IMG/VR virus record: IMGVR_UViG_3300043811_000021
Span: 1-64,000 of that record
Reading direction: 5' to 3' (one strand)
Source of the DNA: a virus
Length of the DNA stretch: 64,000 nt
Positions 52,907 through 60,025 of this stretch are shown piece after piece. The notes beneath the pieces were generated by a model that was given only the letters and a program-made list of their open reading frames with translations, was not told where the DNA came from and did not search any database. Every line of letters starts with the position of its first letter. Position 1 is the first letter of the stretch. The translations under genes were made by a program, and so were the position numbers.

Positions 52907-54411
52907 GCTGTTACCAGTTTACCTTTCTGTGCCCCCTTGAGCACTGAGTTGAGAGTTAAAAGCGGAGTGGCCAGGATTTCATCCACAAGTCCGTAGGTTT
53001 TCGTTCTCATAGTCTGCGCCAAATTTGGGATTGAGTAGTAATCCGTTCCGCCCCTTATGTCAAATGTCTGCATTTCCAGTCCAGCACTCTGCATCTTCGT
53101 TGTGAGGCTGTTAGGCTCACCTTCAACGTGGTACAGATATACTGGAACGTCACGGTCAGCGAACGCCACATATTTCTTGTAAACGTCCGTAAAGTACGGT
53201 GCGCTATGTTCCGCGCCGTCAGAAACAATTGCAATTCCATCAACCGAAATCTTCTCCTGAAGCATCCTGTTCAAACCGCAGCCGATGGATGTTCCACCGT
53301 TGGCTGTGATGTGCCTTGTTGCCTTTTGGATTGAGTCCAGAGGCAATCCTGTTACATCAATAGTCATCGGGTTAGTGTCAAAGAATACAAGGTAGACCTT
53401 TCCTCTGCAAATCTTAGCCAACGTAGCAGCAACGTGACGGGATGCCTCAATGGAACGAGACATACTACCCGACTTGTCTGCCAAAACGAGCCAATCGCCT
53501 TCTGGTCCTCCCATTGCCGCAATCTGCTTATCTTGTAGTCCCTGCAACTTCTCTTTCAGAACAGAGTCAGTCACAGACTCAGCAGCTTTGGTCGTCTTCA
53601 GCGTATTCTTCTTAGACGTTGCAGCCTTTGCTAATGCCTGATCAAATGCCCCGCGAAGTGCAGGATTCGTCTTCAGTCCCAACTTCTCCAACATCTTCAC
53701 GTTGGTAGTCAACTCAGTCGCAGACATTGCTCCAATCAACGCCAGAACCAAATCAGGTTCCTTCGCCTTTGCTCCCAATGCTCCCATCGCGATAAGGAAA
53801 GGAATCCGGTAACGCATGATCGATCCTGCCGCTTCCGTAGGAGTCATGTTCTTGAGGTTTGCTACTACCTCAAATACCGATCCCTTGGGAAGTGGTAATT
53901 TATTACCCTTTTCATCCTTACCGAAAAGAACCGCACGAACACGGTCTGCCTTTGTCTCAGGGCGAACATGGCCAAGAGCATACAACTCCCTCAGCGTCTT
54001 CCTATGCTGAATTGCCAGATGATCCCAGCCCTTATCCTGCTCCTTCTCATGCAGGTAATCGCCAATCAACCGGCGCAAAGGAAGCATCTTACCTGCTGGA
54101 CGAATCTCACGCGCAAAATGGAAAGCGCGAAGCAACTCACGCGGTCCAAGCAATGCTAAATGAGCATACGCATTATCCAATAACTCCGAGTCATTCTCAT
54201 ATGCCAAGCCGATAACTGGAAGAGCAACCTTGCTGTCCCTTATCTGCCCATGAGTTCTATCCCAGGAAATCAAATGCGCAAAGAATTCGCCTTCCTGTTT
54301 TACTGCCTGTTGTCCGATAGGAACGTATTCCTTCAGCGCACCGTGAGGACTTTTTGAAAGTTCACTCACAATTCTTTGTTTTGTCAATCCCTGTTCTGCC
54401 ATAGTATTCAT
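52903..54411 (-). CDS. Ro60/TROVE-like protein with C-terminal VWA (MIDAS) domain
   Basis: DKSGSMS (DxSxS), GGTSIG, IVSDG; basic helical N-terminal ~300 aa. VWA is certain; Ro60/TROVE is inferred from size, architecture and adjacent RNAs. Confidence 0.7.
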   Translation of the reverse strand: MNTMAEQGLTKQRIVSELSKSPHGALKEYVPIGQQAVKQEGEFFAHLISWDRTHGQIRDSKVALPVIGLAYENDSELLDNAYAHLALLGPRELLRAFHFAREIRPAGKMLPLRRLIGDYLHEKEQDKGWDHLAIQHRKTLRELYALGHVRPETKADRVRAVLFGKDEKGNKLPLPKGSVFEVVANLKNMTPTEAAGSIMRYRIPFLIAMGALGAKAKEPDLVLALIGAMSATELTTNVKMLEKLGLKTNPALRGAFDQALAKAATSKKNTLKTTKAAESVTDSVLKEKLQGLQDKQIAAMGGPEGDWLVLADKSGSMSRSIEASRHVAATLAKICRGKVYLVFFDTNPMTIDVTGLPLDSIQKATRHITANGGTSIGCGLNRMLQEKISVDGIAIVSDGAEHSAPYFTDVYKKYVAFADRDVPVYLYHVEGEPNSLTTKMQSAGLEMQTFDIRGGTDYYSIPNLAQTMRTKTYGLVDEILATPLLTLNSVLKGAQKGKLVTA

Positions 54412-54426
54412 CCTCCCGGAGATGTG

Positions 54427-54963
54427 TTATGGAAGTTTACGTTTTGCAAGGTAGTCAACAAAGAAGTTATAATCTAACTTCCGCTCCTTACACCAGTCAT
54501 GCGGGTCCATCGAACCTTTCCTCTTATTGCAATTTTTACAGGCAGAAAGGAAATTTGATGTGTCATTCGCCCCACCCGTTTCAAGTGGCTGGAAGTGATC
54601 GATTGACAGTGGAGATACACCCATTTTCACGCCGCAGTACATGCATTTGCATCCGTCAGCGACCCATACTTTCTGCTGCACCGCTCCAGAAATTTCATAG
54701 CGTACCTTGCGATGAAACGCTTTCGCTGGCATCACTAAAATCTCAGGATTATCTGTACGAGCTAAAAAGTCCGTCCACTCTTCGAGAGAAAGACGTTCAG
54801 TAGAGCATTCGCTAATATCTGGGCAATCTGGCAGCATGAGGATAGCCATTGCACCTTCTCCCCCCACTACCAACCCCTCAATTTTAAGGATATTACCCAA
54901 GTCGCCATAAACCGCTGGACGGTGGCGAAGCTCAAGCATATAAAAACGATCTCCGCTAGCCAT
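54427..54963 (-). CDS. HNH nuclease with N-terminal extension
   Basis: CMYCG...IDH..P...GG.N...N...AC..CN.RKG. Confidence 0.85.
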   Translation of the reverse strand: MASGDRFYMLELRHRPAVYGDLGNILKIEGLVVGGEGAMAILMLPDCPDISECSTERLSLEEWTDFLARTDNPEILVMPAKAFHRKVRYEISGAVQQKVWVADGCKCMYCGVKMGVSPLSIDHFQPLETGGANDTSNFLSACKNCNKRKGSMDPHDWCKERKLDYNFFVDYLAKRKLP

Positions 54964-54992
54964 ATTATCCTCTCCCAAGGCACAAAAAATAC

Positions 54993-55158
54993 TGGCTTCG
55001 TGTCGAGTGTGGTTTTGATGTTTTCAAGCAGCCTTGCGGCCCTCGAAACCCCCGCCTCATCATCCCTGCCTCTCGGCAGAATCCCTGACTCAGACGATCA
55101 GGCGGGGGGTTGCAGGTTGCCCTGCAAAACTATCATGTATCCACTCTCAGTGAAGCCA
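54993..55158 (-). ncRNA. Array RNA 1 (Y-RNA-like), multibranched insert
   Basis: TGGCTTC-ACT-GAGAGTGG-ATACAT ... CCACACTC-GACAC-GAAGCCA. Confidence 0.75.
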
Positions 55159-55178
55159 ATCTTGTACTACTTAACTTA

Positions 55179-55295
55179 TGGAGCCGGGTCCAAGAATTGA
55201 ACTTGGATTGTCGATTTATGGAATCGATGCATGTATCCAGAGTTAGTAAGGTTGCCCTTGTGTCAACTTTGGCATTACCGTTTTGCTAACCCGGC
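55179..55295 (-). ncRNA. Array RNA 2: tRNA(CAT)-like body with motif hairpin inserted after the D-arm
   Basis: GCCGGGT/ACCCGGC-T-CCA; TCGAT-TCCATAA-ATCGA; insert CCAAAGTT-GACAC-AAGG-GCAA-CCTT-ACT-AACTCTGG-ATACAT. Confidence 0.75.
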
Positions 55296-55308
55296 TCAAC
55301 TTGTACGG

Positions 55309-55773
55309 TCAACTATTCCTACCGCGAATCTTACGGCAATCAATACAGTAGTCCCTTAATCCGGTTTCCTTATTGCCGTCCTTGTGAAATCTTCCTTTTG
55401 GTATCCAATCCTGATGACGACTACACCAAGCCATTCCGTCAGGAGCTATTCCTATAGTTCGTATGGAATTGTACGTTGCCTTACCTAAATGACCGGCGGC
55501 AATGTTGCATCTTTTATGGGAAAATGCTATGTTCTCCAAATCCCAAAAGAGGTCGGCGCTTATTCCTTCCCAAGGTTTCTTGTGTTCTATAGAACACTCA
55601 GAAGATTTTTCAATCTTCTTCTTACAGCGATAACAAGTATCTGCTCCGCATCTTTTTACAAGATCAAACAAGATAAGTCTATAAAGTCTGCCATTCGCAG
55701 TACCAAAAGGCATATTTAGCGTCTCATCTTTTTTCCATGTAGAACTCTTCTTTTTTATTTCCATCATCTCCAT
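55309..55773 (-). CDS. HNH endonuclease-like protein inserted in the RNA array
   Basis: CYRC, SIEH.KPW, N...SH..CN, C-terminal zinc finger; start moved downstream of array RNA 3. Confidence 0.75.
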   Translation of the reverse strand: MEMMEIKKKSSTWKKDETLNMPFGTANGRLYRLILFDLVKRCGADTCYRCKKKIEKSSECSIEHKKPWEGISADLFWDLENIAFSHKRCNIAAGHLGKATYNSIRTIGIAPDGMAWCSRHQDWIPKGRFHKDGNKETGLRDYCIDCRKIRGRNS

Positions 55774-55781
55774 ATAATACA

Positions 55782-55880
55782 TGGAGGGAATAAATTTCAA
55801 CCCAATGCTGCTCTTTATCCATGTACCCAGGCAAAGTAACGTTTCCGTTGTGTCTTGTCCGGTTCCGTTTTTTGCCCCCC
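55782..55880 (-). ncRNA. Array RNA 3: degenerate tRNA-like body with motif hairpin
   Basis: CCGG-ACAA-GACAC-AACG-GAAA-CGTT-ACT-TTGCCTGG-GTACAT; G-rich 5' end pairs with TTCCCT-CCA. Confidence 0.65.
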
Positions 55881-55887
55881 ACAACTT

Positions 55888-56017
55888 ATTTGGTTAGTGT
55901 CTGTCAGCGAGTGTTGCTGGTTGAAAAAGTAGGGATCGAACCTACGACCTATTCATTTGAAGTGAATTGCTCTACCAGTGAGCTATTTTTCCGTGTACGC
56001 TGCCATGTTAACCAAAT
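55888..56017 (-). ncRNA. Array RNA 4: motif stem enclosing a complete tRNA(TCA)
   Basis: ATTTGGTTA-ACA-TGGCAGCG-TACAC-[tRNA]-...CGCTGACA-GACAC-TAACCAAAT. Confidence 0.75.
55918..55992 (-). tRNA. tRNA with TCA anticodon (would read UGA), nested in array RNA 4
   Basis: GCTC/GAGC D-arm, ATTCA-CTTCAAA-TGAAT, GTAGG-TTCGATC-CCTAC, A-U-rich acceptor with G1-A72 mismatch, ACCA. Confidence 0.75.
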
Positions 56018-56022
56018 CTTAA

Positions 56023-56084
56023 AGGGTTGGTATCGGACTGCGCTGTTCATGTTTACAAAGCATGTAAGCAGTCCCGTCAACCCT
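56023..56084 (-). ncRNA. Array RNA 5 (minimal unit)
   Basis: AGGGTTG-ACG-GGACTGC-TTACAT ... GCAGTCC-GATAC-CAACCCT. Confidence 0.75.
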
Positions 56085-56091
56085 ATCTTAA

Positions 56092-56207
56092 TCCGCTTGT
56101 GTCTTTTGGCTAACCCTTGCGGGCACAAGGCCGTTTTCGAGGCGGCTTCTTTTTCTCCAAATGAAAATGCTGGACTACCAGCACATGTACGCCAAAACGT
56201 AAGCGGA
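56092..56207 (-). ncRNA. Array RNA 6
   Basis: TCCGCTT-ACG-TTTTGGC-GTACAT ... GCCAAAA-GACAC-AAGCGGA. Confidence 0.75.
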
Positions 56208-56380
56208 ATCTTTCATCCCTAACATCAGGAAAACTCAAACTCAGTGATTAGGTAGCCTCACATCAGGTCGCTCACTTCCAGAATCCGGCACAGTTACAAA
56301 CGGGACGACACCCTCACCTAGCTACCATCTTTCCATGCCCTCATTGGTAAAGCTACCTAATCTCTGCATCAACAAAACCA

Positions 56381-56409
56381 ACTCTACTACAATGTCCTGC
56401 GCATTGCAA
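56381..56409 (-). promoter_or_regulatory. Putative promoter of the RNA array / TROVE operon
   Basis: TTGCAA-17 bp-TAGAGT with GCGCAGGACAT box in the spacer, same geometry as 34197-34225. Confidence 0.55.
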
Positions 56410-56455
56410 GCACTTTCTAAAACTATTTTCTACTATTTTTATGCTTGCTAAATTA

Positions 56456-56534
56456 TGGTGGGGCTGGCAGGACTTGAACCTGCTGCCTCCGGTTTCGTAG
56501 ACCGGCGCTCTGAATCCAGATGAGCTACAACCCC
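56456..56534 (-). tRNA. tRNA-Arg(ACG)
   Basis: CCGGT-CTACGAA-ACCGG, CCA. Confidence 0.92.
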
Positions 56535-56546
56535 ACTTACAAAAAA

Positions 56547-56621
56547 TGGTCGGGGAGGGGAATCCTGACATCCCAACCTTTCCGCCCCAAACGGAAAGCT
56601 CTTCCTTTGAGCTACTCCCCG
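56547..56621 (-). tRNA. tRNA-Pro(TGG)
   Basis: C1:G72, TT-TGG-GG loop, CCA; atypical T-loop. Confidence 0.82.
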
Positions 56622-56843
56622 ATAAACTTGGTTACTTCTCGTCCAATAAAACATAGTACTGATCAGGACCATGCTCTGCTGCTGAATTCAGAACATCCAC
56701 CAATTCATCCGCAGTAATGGCATAGTATTTTCTATTTCCATTCACCGGAAAAAACGGGAATAGCGCAGCCATTCGTCTTTCTGATTCAAGATACAGCTTT
56801 TCTGTTTGTACGAAAACCTGTGACATATTACCTCCGATAACAC

Positions 56844-57143
56844 TCACAAATCTCTAACAACAAACTTCCACGGATCGCTCATTACCCAGCCAACAGCTTT
56901 TCCGTTCTCTAACTCATACCAACGATCAACTGGAGATTCAGGTCCAGGCCACGGCTTAGGCCAAGTAGGTCCATCCTCGCCAAAATTAGTATGCGTCCTT
57001 AGCACAGGAATTTTAAGTAAAGAATCTACTTCGTCATTCCTGCCCATTCCATTTTCCGTGTACCCGCATGGCAGAGCGTCAGATAAACTATCAGACCCAT
57101 CATATCCAAAAATCTTTATGAGTAGTTCTTCTTCCTCTGTCAT
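56844..57143 (-). CDS. Hypothetical protein
   Basis: GGAG RBS; W.ELENGKAVGW. Confidence 0.55.
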   Translation of the reverse strand: MTEEEELLIKIFGYDGSDSLSDALPCGYTENGMGRNDEVDSLLKIPVLRTHTNFGEDGPTWPKPWPGPESPVDRWYELENGKAVGWVMSDPWKFVVRDL

Positions 57144-57156
57144 TGCTTCTCCGATA

Positions 57157-57234
57157 TGGTGGACTCGGCCAGATTTGAACTGGCAACACGATGATTTTCA
57201 GTCACCTGCTCTACGCGATTGGAGCTACGAGTCC
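57157..57234 (-). tRNA. tRNA-Phe(GAA)
   Basis: GGTGA-CTGAAAA-TCATC, CCA. Confidence 0.9.
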
Positions 57235-57861
57235 GATTAACGATCTCCAGTCGTTTCTTTCTTTAGATGTCTTCCGACGATGACAATTTGCACATCGCAC
57301 AACACATTTTTCAATCTCTTCCAAAATCCTTTTCATCGAGCATGTTGAGCGTAGGAGCTTAGATATATTGCACTTTTTAACCCCTTTAATATGGTCAAAA
57401 TCCAAGACCATAATGTCCGATTCTCCGCAATCCACACAATGATGTTCCGCCAGATAAGAAACGATGAAAGCCCTTTGTTCCTGTCGTTTAATATCCCTGT
57501 TACGATAAAGGCGCTTCCGTTCTCTTTCCGAGTTATCCCTATAGTGCTGTGCCTTATAAGAACTTTCGCAAATCATGCACCATGCTTGTAGCCCATCTCT
57601 CCGTGCAGCATTTTCTCTAAAATCGCAGCGTGTTTTAACCGTGGTGCATTTGCTGCAATATTTCTCCTTTTCAGGATCGAACTTTGGAAGAAGACTTCTA
57701 CCGTCTTCCGCGATGCACTTCTTGGAGCAAAACCTACGTTTAGCATATTGAGTTTTCCAAAACTCTTTGCCACACCAAGCACATGAATAAGCAAATAGAC
57801 GCCTATTCTTGCCATGAAAAAATTCGATCCTACAATCAACCATGCAATAAGTGTAATACAA
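57211..57861 (-). CDS. HNH homing-endonuclease-like protein
   Basis: Zinc fingers, CVDCG...LDFDH, EI.KC.V.CANCHR. Confidence 0.8.
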   Translation of the reverse strand: MYYTYCMVDCRIEFFHGKNRRLFAYSCAWCGKEFWKTQYAKRRFCSKKCIAEDGRSLLPKFDPEKEKYCSKCTTVKTRCDFRENAARRDGLQAWCMICESSYKAQHYRDNSERERKRLYRNRDIKRQEQRAFIVSYLAEHHCVDCGESDIMVLDFDHIKGVKKCNISKLLRSTCSMKRILEEIEKCVVRCANCHRRKTSKERNDWRSLIGLVAPIA

Positions 57862-57884
57862 ATGACTGAAAACATCAAAACTTT

Positions 57885-57960
57885 TGGTGGACCGGGAGGG
57901 GCTTGAGTCCTCGCGCAGACGCTTGCAGGGCGTCCCATCTCCATCTGAAAGTACCGGCCC
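57885..57960 (-). tRNA. tRNA-Ala(TGC)
   Basis: G3:U70, CC-TGC-AA loop (C33), CCA; atypical D and T loops. Confidence 0.8.
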
Positions 57961-58005
57961 ATTTATTCAACTTCAAACTGTGCCGGGGAATTTCACCCCG
58001 GCGAT

Positions 58006-58093
58006 TGGGGAGATCGGCGGAACTCGAATCCGCGTTGAGGAATTACCCTCCCGGAGCCACAATCCGGTGCCTATCCATCTCGGCCACGACCTC
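58006..58093 (-). tRNA. tRNA-His(GTG) with long variable arm
   Basis: TT-GTG-GC loop, C73, variable hairpin GAGG-GTAATT-CCTC; no encoded G-1. Confidence 0.82.
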
Positions 58094-58096
58094 ACT

Positions 58097-58170
58097 TGGA
58101 GCACTCAGTAGGAATCAAACCCACGTTTTGGCCATACAAAGGGCACGTTCTGTCACTGAACTATGAGTGC
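58097..58170 (-). tRNA. tRNA-Thr(TGT)
   Basis: GCACTCA/TGAGTGC, TT-TGT-AT loop, CCA. Confidence 0.82.
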
Positions 58171-58174
58171 AAAC

Positions 58175-58720
58175 TTACACAAACTGCAAACTCTTCTCAC
58201 CTTCGGAATCAGAGTACAAATACTTACTCCACGCTTCGACTTCCAATCCCATCGAACGAAGGATAATCCTTCCTGTGTGAACCGTGGCTGGGAGAGGCTT
58301 GCGAAGTAGTTTCATTCCAGCCTCTTCCGGCGTACGATCTGCCTTGCGGTGGTTATCTTTGCGGCAGCAAGTTACAAGGTTACTCCAGTCGTTCTTTCCT
58401 CCACGCGACTTAGGAATTACGTGGTCAAGTGTCAAAGAATCACCCTTGAATTCCTCTCCACAATAGCAGCACTTATGCCCATCGCGCAAGTAAATATTTT
58501 TCCTACTCACAACCTGCATCCGAACGGGAATATGTCTATACGTTCTCAACTTGATTACCGATGGTAAAGTTATGCCAGGATAAACTTCAATATCCGTTGG
58601 CATCTCTACCATAGCAGCACCCTTACAAAGTAACGTCAAAGCTCTACGGGCAGCAACTATTCTGATCGGCTCATACGATGCGTTTAATACCAACACCGGC
58701 TTTTTCATCAGGTTGCTCAT
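58175..58720 (-). CDS. HNH endonuclease
   Basis: VLVLNASYEP, PSVI.L, RD...CCYCG, TLDHVIP.SRGG...W.NLV. Confidence 0.9.
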   Translation of the reverse strand: MSNLMKKPVLVLNASYEPIRIVAARRALTLLCKGAAMVEMPTDIEVYPGITLPSVIKLRTYRHIPVRMQVVSRKNIYLRDGHKCCYCGEEFKGDSLTLDHVIPKSRGGKNDWSNLVTCCRKDNHRKADRTPEEAGMKLLRKPLPATVHTGRIILRSMGLEVEAWSKYLYSDSEGEKSLQFV

Positions 58721-58764
58721 ATTCCCTCAATCAATCTCCGCTAGTCTCTCTGAATAATCTTCTG

Positions 58765-58840
58765 TGGAGCCGGTGGAGGCAATCGAAGCCCCGACCTCAT
58801 CTGTACGAAAGATGCGCTCTTCCACCTGAGCTACACCGGC
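58765..58840 (-). tRNA. tRNA-Thr(CGT)
   Basis: CATCT-TTCGTAC-AGATG, CCA. Confidence 0.9.
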
Positions 58841-58935
58841 TTGTCTACGTCTTGCCACTACTATACTATGCACTTTCGTGAAGTCGTGGCTCACTAACAT
58901 CATTCTGTGGGTCATCGGCTTTCCTTTCTTTCAAT

Positions 58936-59010
58936 TGGAGCGGAGTACGGGGTATGATCCCGTGCGCAAAGTGTGGCACACTTCGATGCTTCCAATTACA
59001 TCAACTCCGC
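58936..59010 (-). tRNA. tRNA-Gly(GCC)
   Basis: GCG 5' end, GT-GCC-AC loop, U73, CCA; T-loop ATCATAC. Confidence 0.82.
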
Positions 59011-59018
59011 AAATCTTT

Positions 59019-59093
59019 TGGTTCCAGCGCGAGGTTACGATCCCCGATCCTCGCCTTCAAAGGGCGGTATCCTACCAGTTAGATGACGCTGGA
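59019..59093 (-). tRNA. tRNA-Gln(TTG)
   Basis: U1:A72, CT-TTG-AA loop, CCA; T-loop ATCGTAA. Confidence 0.85.
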
Positions 59094-59102
59094 TCAAAAC
59101 CT

Positions 59103-59177
59103 TGGTTGCCCATCGAGGCGACGATCCCCGAACTACTGGTCCAGAGCCAGCCGTGATACCAATTTCACCAATGGGCA
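59103..59177 (-). tRNA. tRNA-Gln(CTG)
   Basis: U1:A72, CT-CTG-GA loop, CCA; T-loop ATCGTCG. Confidence 0.85.
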
Positions 59178-59293
59178 ACAACTAAACAGTGAGGGCGCGA
59201 CTCTTTCGCTCCGAACGTCTTACTCAAACCCCAAAGGGGTCACTGCGTTACTCGACAGGACTTACTAGACGGCCTGTGTCCCTCTCCAAACTT

Positions 59294-59384
59294 TGGCTCA
59301 CGGAGCAGGACTCGAACCTGCGATGGGAGATGAACTCCTCTGTATTAACAGTACAGCGCCTGCTACCAACTCGGCTATCCGTGA
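59294..59384 (-). tRNA. tRNA-Asn(GTT) with long variable arm
   Basis: U1:A72, G73, CT-GTT-AA loop, variable hairpin GGAG-TTCAT-CTCC. Confidence 0.85.
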
Positions 59385-59401
59385 ACATCCCTAAACAGTT
59401 C

Positions 59402-59429
59402 GAGACCCAAACCTTTCGATCTGGGCCTC
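59402..59429 (-). terminator. Attenuator hairpin of tRNA block B (weak U-tract)
   Basis: GAGGCCCAGATC-GAAA-GGTTTGGGTCTC then GAACTGTTT. Confidence 0.6.
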
Positions 59430-59476
59430 TGCGTTTTACCATTTTTAGTTAGGTAAAAATCTCTCTGAGACCCCGA

Positions 59477-59542
59477 TTATGACCCCCCACCCTGCGGCGT
59501 TTGTGTCGCGGTTGGATTGGCGTTATGGAATCGTGTCTGCAT
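59477..59542 (-). CDS. Leader peptide B (MQTRFHNANPTATQTPQGGGS), probably leaderless
   Basis: ATG 6 nt after the -10 box; codons match the 11 downstream tRNAs. Confidence 0.85.
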   Translation of the reverse strand: MQTRFHNANPTATQTPQGGGS

Positions 59543-59548
59543 GAATTC

Positions 59549-59577
59549 AATGTACCTCAGTCCTAAAAACTTGTCAA
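59549..59577 (-). promoter_or_regulatory. Promoter of tRNA block B
   Basis: TTGACA-17 bp-TACATT. Confidence 0.8.
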
Positions 59578-59585
59578 GAACTTTT

Positions 59586-59861
59586 TTAAGGTAATCCCGC
59601 CAACTGCGTTTCTTGCCTCTGGGCCGGTGGCCAGTTGTCTATTTTTCGCATTAGAGTCCGTATCGCTGCTTCCCGCTTCACGTCCACAATTCCTCTCCCC
59701 TGATCTTTCAGAGAATCAATCAATAAAGAAACCAGCTTTGCCTTTGCCTCAGCTAACGGATACTCTCGTTTAGAAACGTGAATCACTACTTCATGCTTTT
59801 GTGTGTCCTGCGCGAAACAGGTAATCGAGAAAAGAAGAATTGCGATAAGGAATGGTTTCAT
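59586..59861 (-). CDS. Hypothetical secreted protein
   Basis: N-terminal signal peptide. Confidence 0.5.
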   Translation of the reverse strand: MKPFLIAILLFSITCFAQDTQKHEVVIHVSKREYPLAEAKAKLVSLLIDSLKDQGRGIVDVKREAAIRTLMRKIDNWPPAQRQETQLAGLP

Positions 59862-60025
59862 GCGTCATCATGGCATAGTTCATATAAAGACAATATAAGA
59901 AAAGAGAAGGGACATGCTCTTCAGCTTGCCCCTTCGAGCCTCAGCCTACGCAGCTGAGGGAATACGATTTTGGTTAAATCAATTGTAACGCAGTTCCGCA
60001 ATCTGTGCAGAATTTATTTGCAGCC

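Noticed and set aside
55774-55884. N-terminal extension of ORF 55309..55884
   Set aside because: Overlaps structured array RNA 3; a downstream ATG is more plausible.
55918-55992. tRNA-Sec or genome-wide UGA recoding
   Set aside because: No long variable arm or extended acceptor; TGA is used as a normal stop throughout, including ATGA overlaps.
54993-56207. RNA array as a CRISPR-like guide array for the HNH proteins
   Set aside because: No identical direct repeats; conservation is structural, and inserts are folded domains of very different length. RNA guiding is not excluded but has no support here.
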